This document shows, one piece after another, positions 57,254-64,000 of a DNA stretch of 64,000 nt. Under the pieces are notes generated by a model, which had not been told where the DNA came from, did not search any database, and was given only the letters and a program-made list of their open reading frames with translations. The translations under genes were made by a program, and so were the position numbers. This DNA comes from a virus: UHGV virus genome UHGV-2031204; one strand, written 5' to 3'. How positions within the stretch are numbered: the stretch's first letter is position 1; each line of letters opens with the position of its first letter.

Positions 57254-57760
57254 ATGAAAGAGACTCTGGATTTTAATCAGCTGGAGCAGCACGATTTTGA
57301 TCTCGGTGTTCGCAACTTAGAAGCTGACTACGAAACACGTTGTAAAGAATTCTTTAATCGCTACGGGCAATTGATTACCGGGGCGTCTGAAGACACCGAA
57401 TTCTCGTTAGACGATTTCGAAAAGATTCTGTCTTGCTTTATCACCGACAGCTTAGCGAAACAGGCGTTGCTGGTAGAACAGAACCTGCAAATGGTGGAGC
57501 CTACGGATGCTCACGCCGTACTAAAAGAATCCATTATTCCGAATGACGAAATTATGGATGCGGTAGCAGGTATTCGCGGTACGTTCGACACAGCTGTGGA
57601 AGACTATACCGAACAGCTTCGTGAGTCTGGGTTAACGTTGTGTGCACCTGCGGGCGAACAGTTACCTTCTGAAGAAGAAACGGAAGAAGCACGCAGTCGC
57701 TTAGCGCGCTATGTGATTACTTCTATTTTAGTAGACGATCGCGAAGAAAACGTACTGTAA
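57254..57760 (+). CDS. hypothetical highly acidic protein
   Basis: 168 aa with high D/E content throughout; terminator follows. Confidence 0.55.
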   Translation: MKETLDFNQLEQHDFDLGVRNLEADYETRCKEFFNRYGQLITGASEDTEFSLDDFEKILSCFITDSLAKQALLVEQNLQMVEPTDAHAVLKESIIPNDEIMDAVAGIRGTFDTAVEDYTEQLRESGLTLCAPAGEQLPSEEETEEARSRLARYVITSILVDDREENVL

Positions 57761-57765
57761 ACTTC

Positions 57766-57802
57766 CCCTCTCTCCGTTTGGAGAGAGGGAGTATTTATTT
57801 TT
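57766..57802 (+). terminator. rho-independent terminator
   Basis: CCCTCTCTCC-GTTT-GGAGAGAGGG then T-rich run; identical stem at 58813-58836. Confidence 0.7.
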
Positions 57803-57858
57803 ACGCTTTCGTGTCTAATTATGCACACGTAAACAAAATTAATTGAGGAACAGCTTAA

Positions 57859-58176
57859 ATGTGGTTAAGTGCGATTCACCGTGATTTACCAAAACAAGAA
57901 ATGGTATTTACCGTTGGGGAACCAGCAACTGTAGTAGGTGTTGCTAAGTTCGAAAGGGTAGAAGAAGGTCAATTCGTCGTAGTGGACGACAACGAAAACG
58001 AATTCATGCTGTTCCACCCTGAGGTCGATACCTCTGAAATCTGTGAGGGTTCTCTTTTGTTATCCTGGCAAAACCCTGAAACTAAAGAATGGAAGTGGTG
58101 CGTTGCTAAACCGACAAATGAAGCCGGAACCGCATACGTGTTTGGGGAAATTTATGTCGAGCCAGAACCACACTAA
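57859..58176 (+). CDS. hypothetical protein
   Basis: 105 aa, GAGGAA RBS. Confidence 0.5.
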   Translation: MWLSAIHRDLPKQEMVFTVGEPATVVGVAKFERVEEGQFVVVDDNENEFMLFHPEVDTSEICEGSLLLSWQNPETKEWKWCVAKPTNEAGTAYVFGEIYVEPEPH

Positions 58177-58462
58177 TGCTGATGAGACTAATTTACAGCG
58201 TTTGCAACGGGTACTAACTGCACCGCTAGGTGGTGAGATTCACGAACGTTGGGTAATTGCGAGGGTAGTAGAAATTGACTATTCTCGAGATCAGTTGCTG
58301 TTAAATAACTGCTCGACGAACGTGCCTTTCACGTTATCGCGTGCTGTATTCCGCCTTACGCCCAACGTTGATGAAATACTGACTATTGACAGGAAGCTTC
58401 TATCGATAGAGCTTCAGCATTTCCCGCTACCTGGTAAGTCGGTTAATATTGCGCTGTGTTAA
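58154..58462 (+). CDS. hypothetical protein
   Basis: ATG 58154 overlapping upstream gene end by 23 nt (longest ORF from 58043). Confidence 0.4.
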   Translation: MSSQNHTNADETNLQRLQRVLTAPLGGEIHERWVIARVVEIDYSRDQLLLNNCSTNVPFTLSRAVFRLTPNVDEILTIDRKLLSIELQHFPLPGKSVNIALC

Positions 58463-58480
58463 TGACAGTCTAAAAAACTT

Positions 58481-58512
58481 AAGATATATTTCATCTATGT
58501 GAGAATTCTCAC
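58481..58512 (+). promoter_or_regulatory. conserved promoter-like motif plus dyad (copy 4, diverged)
   Basis: AAGATATATTTCATCTATGTGAGA overlapping perfect palindrome GTGAGAATTCTCAC; upstream of gene 58536. Confidence 0.45.
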
Positions 58513-58535
58513 TTAACTAAATGGAGTAATCTAAA

Positions 58536-58805
58536 ATGGCTAAGATTTACATTGTTGAGAAACGTGCGGCTAATGTTCTTTCTTATTACGAAGAAGGTAA
58601 GCCTGAGAAAATCAAAACACTCAAACTCGACGGGTATGATGTGAAGAGTTTACGTAAGGGTGTGAAGATTACCTTTAAAGGTCTGACTCGCGTAAGTAAC
58701 TTACACATTGTTAAAGCCGATGGTACGATGGTTGCGTTAGCACCTGTCAGTGCTGCGAAAACGACAGCAGGTCGTGGCTGCTACGGTAGCAGTCGTAAGA
58801 TTTAA
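58536..58805 (+). CDS. hypothetical protein
   Basis: 89 aa with GGAG RBS, between promoter-like motif (58481-58512) and terminator. Confidence 0.55.
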   Translation: MAKIYIVEKRAANVLSYYEEGKPEKIKTLKLDGYDVKSLRKGVKITFKGLTRVSNLHIVKADGTMVALAPVSAAKTTAGRGCYGSSRKI

Positions 58806-58812
58806 GCAGTGC

Positions 58813-58852
58813 CCCTCTCTCCGTTTGGAGAGAGGGTACTTTTATTTTTATT
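58813..58852 (+). terminator. rho-independent terminator
   Basis: Identical hairpin CCCTCTCTCC-GTTT-GGAGAGAGGG then T-run. Confidence 0.7.
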
Positions 58853-58863
58853 CGAGGTGTGTG

Positions 58864-59352
58864 ATGACAACAGTTTTAGTAACAAAGGATTACATTTTAG
58901 CCGATCGGTTGGTTGACTACGGCGGTACAGTTAAAGCGGCACCTAAATTACACAAGTACAAAAACAAATTCGTTGTTTATACTGGGGAACGCATATTGGA
59001 CTCGGATCTCTGGAAAAAGACGATAATGGTCGCAGCAGAAAAATATTTGATTGAAGAAAAGCGAGCCAAGATTGAAGGGTTATTTAAAGATCTTATCGAA
59101 AAAGAACAGTTTTACGATCAGATTATTATTTTTACAGCCGAGGAAACACACTGGCTCGGGCTGCTAGAGGGTAAATTTGAATCTCGTGTACTGAATAAAA
59201 ACACGGTTTGGGCAACGGGTTCAGGTCAAGCTTTTGCTCGTGCGGCCTGGGCATCTGGTATAAGCGAAAAGAATATTATTCCTTTAGTAGGATCTATTGA
59301 TACCGCCACATCGGAGACGTATGACTTATTTTACAGGAAGCACTTACGATGA
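58864..59352 (+). CDS. hypothetical protein
   Basis: ATG 58864 with GAGGTG RBS after terminator (longest ORF from 58750 runs through the terminator). Confidence 0.5.
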   Translation: MTTVLVTKDYILADRLVDYGGTVKAAPKLHKYKNKFVVYTGERILDSDLWKKTIMVAAEKYLIEEKRAKIEGLFKDLIEKEQFYDQIIIFTAEETHWLGLLEGKFESRVLNKNTVWATGSGQAFARAAWASGISEKNIIPLVGSIDTATSETYDLFYRKHLR

Positions 59353-59870
59353 AGATAAACGCTGTCTTAATTGGCGATGAAATATTCGTTAATACAAAAA
59401 CACAACATTTGTATTACGAAGGTATTACTGTAATAGACGATTATTACGGTAAGTACGGTTGGTGGATTCCGTCCCCTAATTCTTTACGATTAGAAGAAGC
59501 ATTAACTGCTGAAGAGAACAAACTGGAAAAGGAGTGGTGCTATATCAGTTCCGTAATTGACGTCAGTGGTCGAATTAAAGATGTTTACTGGGCTAAGGAA
59601 TCAGGGTGGCGGGTTACACTTCACCAATCTGCACCAGTAAGACTGCTGTACGACCACTCGGACACATCGGAGTTAGCGTTTACCATTGAGACGCTCTCGC
59701 TACGTAAAGATTTAGATAACGTGGGTAAAGGGAAGTGGTCTATTGAACGCGTGGAGGAGATTCTCAGTCACTTTAAAGCCAACAACAAATTTAAACCTTG
59801 GTGTACATTACCTGAGTTAGTAGAAGAGTTGAAAAAGCGGGATTGCAAACCGCTACCTTTTAACCCGTAG
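59349..59870 (+). CDS. hypothetical protein
   Basis: 173 aa; start overlaps upstream stop (ATGA). Confidence 0.55.
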   Translation: MKINAVLIGDEIFVNTKTQHLYYEGITVIDDYYGKYGWWIPSPNSLRLEEALTAEENKLEKEWCYISSVIDVSGRIKDVYWAKESGWRVTLHQSAPVRLLYDHSDTSELAFTIETLSLRKDLDNVGKGKWSIERVEEILSHFKANNKFKPWCTLPELVEELKKRDCKPLPFNP

Positions 59871-59915
59871 TCTTTTTTACAACTGCGGCTATTTTAATGA
59901 TTAGGAGAAAAGAAA

Positions 59916-60380
59916 ATGAAATGTTTTGAATCTAAAGAAATTGTTGAGTTGTTTAAGCAGCGTGAGAAAACCGCTTTCCGTGACCTGTACGATTCTGATT
60001 ATCGTCCACTGTTTGCGGTATTGTTGAAACTGGATAAAGAACCCGAAGTCGCGTTAGCAGAGGTACAGCACCACCACGTCAGTTTCGTATTAACCGAAAA
60101 CATGAGCCGGTGGGTAGATGCTATGCTGATCCGTATCGGGCTCTTGGAAACGCCGCACCGTTGGGAAGTGGTTATTCAGAAATCATTATTCCCACGGGAA
60201 GACATTTTTAACAAATATCGTCCGAAACAGTATTACAACCACGACGGGTCGCCAAAACGTGCTTTTCTGGCACCACAACACTTCGTAACCTACGTAACGT
60301 TGCGTTACAAAGACACCGTGGTACCGTTTGACACCTACCTGGAAATGCGTGAGATAATTTTAGGGAAGAATCCGTCATGA
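59916..60380 (+). CDS. hypothetical protein
   Basis: 154 aa with AGGAGA RBS. Confidence 0.55.
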   Translation: MKCFESKEIVELFKQREKTAFRDLYDSDYRPLFAVLLKLDKEPEVALAEVQHHHVSFVLTENMSRWVDAMLIRIGLLETPHRWEVVIQKSLFPREDIFNKYRPKQYYNHDGSPKRAFLAPQHFVTYVTLRYKDTVVPFDTYLEMREIILGKNPS

Positions 60381-60859
60381 TTCAATTTTCTGTTGACGCA
60401 GAAAGATTGGCGTCATTTAAAGAGCGTGCTCAGTTTGCAGTTAAAAACGGCTATATTGAAAAAGGAGTTCGCGACACCTGTAAACTAATCAACGACCATC
60501 CGCACCTGGCGACAATGTGGAGTTGTGAAGGTCACGGTATGTATTCTAAGTCACCTGGAAATTTGCATATCGTTTTTGCAACAGACGCTATTGGAAGTCA
60601 GATTCCAATGCAGGTTATGACCGAACTTGCAAAATCAGATTTACCGAATTTCTGGAATCTTAGTTTGTGTCGTCTTTATATACCTGACGCATACACGGAT
60701 TTGGTATATCTTGAACCTGACTATGGATTGAATACCGACGACACTTCTTACTGGTCTTGGAAAATCGGATACATGTGCTTGATTAATCGCCCTGCGTTAG
60801 TTGAGACACGTCAAGCTCTTTATAAAGCATTTCACACCGTATTAGTTGAGAATAAATAA
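60377..60859 (+). CDS. hypothetical protein
   Basis: 160 aa; ATGA overlap with upstream gene. Confidence 0.55.
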   Translation: MIQFSVDAERLASFKERAQFAVKNGYIEKGVRDTCKLINDHPHLATMWSCEGHGMYSKSPGNLHIVFATDAIGSQIPMQVMTELAKSDLPNFWNLSLCRLYIPDAYTDLVYLEPDYGLNTDDTSYWSWKIGYMCLINRPALVETRQALYKAFHTVLVENK

Positions 60860-61551
60860 TGGCTACCAAACAAAAGAAACCTCGTAACAAAAAGTATAAC
60901 CCGAAAGCGGCTGCTAACCGTACTGCGCACACCATTGCTGAGAATGCGCTAAACCGCATTACTTTCGTCGGTAGCTCAATTCGTCCTATCGGCCCGTACG
61001 CAGGTCGTGGTTTCCAGTTTACAACGTCACCGCGTATGCGCATGGCAGCCACCGACATGTTAATCGGTGGTTTGTTTGACGAACCGCGTAACTGGAAACT
61101 TTGGGTTGCACATCTGTACGAAACAGATAACGGTGTACAAGCAGAAACCATCGTTGCAACGCTTGACGACTACACGTTAAGTGATTTCTGTCAACACGGT
61201 GACAAAATCATCAAGTCGCTACGTGAGACGGAAGAAAACTATTTCGGTTACGCTTTCGTTGCTGCACCTAACGAACGTTATGATTTCGACCAGGGAGAAG
61301 AACGCTTACTGGAAAACTTCATGCATTCGGGTCTGTTAGACAAATCCTTACACTTACCTGAAGAAGAACTGATGGTTTCGCGTAAGGATATGGTAACGTT
61401 GCTGTTAGCCGATCGTGGTCGTTTTGATGTTACCGAATCCCATGTACGTAAAGTACAGAAACTCGTGGATAAGGTAGACGAAACTGACCTGGACACTAGC
61501 GAAGCCGCAACCCGTATCCAATCGGTAGTCAATCAGGAAGAGGATTACTAA
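60859..61551 (+). CDS. hypothetical protein
   Basis: 230 aa; basic N-terminus KQKKPRNKKYNPK; coupled start. Confidence 0.55.
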   Translation: MATKQKKPRNKKYNPKAAANRTAHTIAENALNRITFVGSSIRPIGPYAGRGFQFTTSPRMRMAATDMLIGGLFDEPRNWKLWVAHLYETDNGVQAETIVATLDDYTLSDFCQHGDKIIKSLRETEENYFGYAFVAAPNERYDFDQGEERLLENFMHSGLLDKSLHLPEEELMVSRKDMVTLLLADRGRFDVTESHVRKVQKLVDKVDETDLDTSEAATRIQSVVNQEEDY

Positions 61552-61553
61552 AC

Positions 61554-62075
61554 GTGATAGCGCGACTTGCGAGTTGGTTTAAGCAACGTCGGGCAAAGGC
61601 GGTCGAATGGCCGCCTATTACGCACGATGAAAAGGTGATTGCTTTTCTGAATTATAACAAAGACTTGAAGAGATTGGGCGAAATAATGCACCTAAAGGAA
61701 ACCCAAGTCTTTGCTAAGATTTCAAGTAGTGCTTTACGTAAACAGGTAATTCCCCACCTATCCTTTTCAGGGCAGGTTTATGCAATAACCGCAGAGAAAT
61801 TTTTATCGATGGCGGGCAATGAAACCCCACACATACGGTTCTCGGTTACAGATTCATCTGATGCGGTCGGTACCGTTGATTTCGGACGATTCTATCGATG
61901 CATTAAAGACGTGGGCCATATACATGTTAAACGGGTATCAGAAACTTCTGTAGTGATTTATCACCGTACTGAGAATGATTTGTTAGGGCGTGTTATAACG
62001 TTAACAAATTTACATAGTTTTTACGTTGATTTACTCACTGAGTTTTATCCAGAACCATGGTGTTTTATACGATGA
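61554..62075 (+). CDS. hypothetical protein
   Basis: GTG start 61554 immediately after upstream stop. Confidence 0.5.
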   Translation: MIARLASWFKQRRAKAVEWPPITHDEKVIAFLNYNKDLKRLGEIMHLKETQVFAKISSSALRKQVIPHLSFSGQVYAITAEKFLSMAGNETPHIRFSVTDSSDAVGTVDFGRFYRCIKDVGHIHVKRVSETSVVIYHRTENDLLGRVITLTNLHSFYVDLLTEFYPEPWCFIR

Positions 62076-62284
62076 ACAGAGCTAATGGATATATCATCTC
62101 GGCAATTGTTTCAACCGTGCTGATTGTGACGATGTTGATGTTTTATGTCCGAGTGTCAGATGACTCACGCAAAGAAAGTCTTTATCGTGAATGTATGTCG
62201 GGAACGTCCGTGGACAATCCGCGTTACAGCGAATTAGTAATAGCGTGCACAGAACATGCTAAGCTAATGGGAGATGGTCGATGA
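62072..62284 (+). CDS. small membrane protein with Cys pair
   Basis: ATG 62072 (ATGA overlap); hydrophobic IISAIVSTVLIVTMLMFYV; LYREC...C motif related to 62281-62478. Confidence 0.45.
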   Translation: MNRANGYIISAIVSTVLIVTMLMFYVRVSDDSRKESLYRECMSGTSVDNPRYSELVIACTEHAKLMGDGR

Positions 62285-62478
62285 AAATTTGGTTACCGAT
62301 TGTAGCTTTTATTCTTATCGCAGGGGCACTAGCAAGTGCCGAGTGTGACAATCGTGTTTTAGAAAAGAAAAGCGAATTGTATCTGGATTGCATAAAGGAT
62401 TACACGCCAGGTACAGAGCTTCATGCGCAGGCTGTAAAAAGTTGTGCGTTGATGGCTGAATCGCAGACCCGTTCCTAA
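62281..62478 (+). CDS. small secreted or membrane protein with Cys motif
   Basis: N-terminal MKIWLPIVAFILIAGALASA; LYLDCIKDY motif shared with 25736-25879 product. Confidence 0.5.
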   Translation: MKIWLPIVAFILIAGALASAECDNRVLEKKSELYLDCIKDYTPGTELHAQAVKSCALMAESQTRS

Positions 62479-62852
62479 TGCGTATCTGGACGTTACAACT
62501 CGCTAAGTGGCGGTTAGCTAAGCAGAAAGGATTTCACGCAGTGGATATCACTGTGAAGTCAGGGCGAAAGGAACTCGCCCCCGACTGGGATTTCCTAATG
62601 GCGTACAAAGCCTCTGCCCAGGACGCTGTCGCTGAACGTGAGTACACGATAAAGTATTTGTACAAACTCGAACGACTGTTAGATACCGATGCCGAAGTTT
62701 TAGTGTCATTACTCAGACACGAAGACTTGGTTTTGATGTGTTATTGTCCCGCAGGTAAGTTTTGTCATCGCCACCTACTGGCAAGTAAACTTCAAGAGGT
62801 GGGAATGATGTTCGGTTTTGACGTTGAGTTATGTGGAGAATTAATCGAATGA
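62478..62852 (+). CDS. DUF488-like protein
   Basis: C-terminal LVLMCYCPAGKFCHRHLLA matches the recalled DUF488 LLC...CHR..LA signature; N-terminal IWT...AVDIT..SG fits the family N-terminal block. Confidence 0.45.
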   Translation: MRIWTLQLAKWRLAKQKGFHAVDITVKSGRKELAPDWDFLMAYKASAQDAVAEREYTIKYLYKLERLLDTDAEVLVSLLRHEDLVLMCYCPAGKFCHRHLLASKLQEVGMMFGFDVELCGELIE

Positions 62853-63283
62853 AAGTAAAAGCAGAAATAACGGTGATACCTGAAAGACAAGATATTAAAG
62901 TTAAAGGGTTATTATTGACATTACCTCGTTCAGATTTCTACGATCCTGAAAACCCCGCCGCAGCGTTTGCACGCCTACTAAGATATCACATGAGCGTTTG
63001 TGAGGCTATTAAAGATCCTACAAAATTCAATTCTGACTTTCCAAAAACTGTCAGAATTGAATTTTCTGGTGGTCATCTTACTGACATTATGGTGACAGCG
63101 GACGATAATAATGTTGAAGTTTATGGTGAGTTTTGTCCGGGTGGTGTGTACGGTGACGATGTTCGAAACTTTATTATTGAACATGGTTACGTAGATCTAA
63201 AACCACGCATAGTGTATCGCAACGATAAAATTTTAGAAATCCGATTCTTTGATATCAATCTAGCAAAGTCTGTTAAAGTGTAG
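62849..63283 (+). CDS. hypothetical protein
   Basis: ATG 62849 (ATGA overlap); terminator follows. Confidence 0.5.
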   Translation: MKVKAEITVIPERQDIKVKGLLLTLPRSDFYDPENPAAAFARLLRYHMSVCEAIKDPTKFNSDFPKTVRIEFSGGHLTDIMVTADDNNVEVYGEFCPGGVYGDDVRNFIIEHGYVDLKPRIVYRNDKILEIRFFDINLAKSVKV

Positions 63284-63317
63284 TAACTACTTCGATTTTT
63301 AGCTGTAAAACGACTGT

Positions 63318-63362
63318 CTACCGCCCGATTCTATGGGCGGTAGGTGTTTTTATTTTTTTTTT
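63318..63362 (+). terminator. rho-independent terminator
   Basis: CTACCGCCC/GGGCGGTAG stem then 16 nt T-run. Confidence 0.7.
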
Positions 63363-63378
63363 GATCTGGGAGGTTTTA

Positions 63379-63945
63379 GTGACTACTTACGTACCTGATT
63401 TAAGTCTGGCCTCAGCCGAATTAGTGGTCGCTTTAATCAACCACGATAACGGTTCACGGTTGTCTCTAAGCGAAATCCGTATTAGCAACACTATGGCAAA
63501 CCCGTCCCCGACCACGTCGCGTCGTAACACACTGACAGAGATTACAAAAATCAGGAAACCTGACGGTGCTTCTGTGGTTGTTTATTACGACCGCTTGGAT
63601 GCGGACGAAGTATTAGCGTCTGAACCTATTTTGATTTCGTTAGACGGTACTGAAGACAACGTTCGCGACATTTTAGGTGTTGTAAATGAATTCTGCGGAA
63701 CGAACTTACAACCCGAGGATTTACGTGCTTCGGATATCACCTTAGGTAAAGAACCCATTGCTGTTAACGTTGCTGACGATTCTCCCGCGTGGATGAACGC
63801 GTTTATGGTGACGTTATTCGATACAACCGAAAGGGCATTAGCAAACGAAGAAGATGCAATCTTCTGTATTGGCGATGACGCCGTTCTTACATTCGAGGTT
63901 CCAGATGACGACACAGCTGAGGAAAACCCGGCTACAAAAACTTGA
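63379..63945 (+). CDS. hypothetical protein
   Basis: GTG 63379 six nt after GGGAGG (longest ORF from TTG 63361). Confidence 0.5.
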   Translation: MTTYVPDLSLASAELVVALINHDNGSRLSLSEIRISNTMANPSPTTSRRNTLTEITKIRKPDGASVVVYYDRLDADEVLASEPILISLDGTEDNVRDILGVVNEFCGTNLQPEDLRASDITLGKEPIAVNVADDSPAWMNAFMVTLFDTTERALANEEDAIFCIGDDAVLTFEVPDDDTAEENPATKT

Positions 63946-64000
63946 CGGTTTTACCGGTAACGGAGGCCAAAACAAACTATTATCAAGACTTAACAATCCC

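Noticed and set aside
1-64000. tRNA or rRNA genes
   Set aside because: Intergenic regions were scanned by eye for T-loop GTTCRANYC with matching acceptor stems; none found. Intergenic hairpins are terminator-like. A tRNAscan run would be decisive.

Overview
This 64 kb window looks like a densely coded segment of a large virulent tailed-phage genome (about 45% GC by eye), with roughly 76 protein-coding genes, about 20 hairpin-plus-T-tract terminators and no rRNA, tRNA or CRISPR that I could see. Most genes are on the + strand, with four minus-strand blocks (2379-4160, 7742-11994, 27750-29312, 37574-40291). Calls made from motifs read directly in the translations: Dam-like N6-adenine methyltransferase, dihydrofolate reductase, thymidylate kinase-like P-loop kinase, RuvC-like resolvase, three GNAT acetyltransferase-domain proteins, a DEDDy 3'-5' exonuclease (family B polymerase proofreading-domain signature without polymerase motifs), an HExxH metallopeptidase, a DUF488-like protein, a DprA/SLOG-like Rossmann protein and an XRE-type HTH regulator. 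A 764 aa protein with the strongest codon bias in the window is a candidate jumbo-phage-type major capsid protein, and a tandem pair of codon-optimised acidic paralogs (14711-17330) are candidate abundant virion proteins. The most notable non-coding signal is a conserved about 24 nt AT-rich motif (TCAGATATATATTACCTAGGTGAGA) followed by a short dyad, found at four or more post-terminator sites and resembling, from memory, the TATATTAC early-promoter consensus of phiKZ-like phages. Other signals worth follow-up are a tandem array of three diverged small-ORF-plus-hairpin modules (26.8-27.7 kb), a scattered family of small Cys-motif envelope proteins, and a 20 kb early/accessory region (43.9-63.9 kb) rich in unknown small genes. 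All functional calls rest on motifs I read by eye; no database search was run, and most ORFs remain hypothetical. I could not single out one definite novel system, so the findings are ranked candidates.
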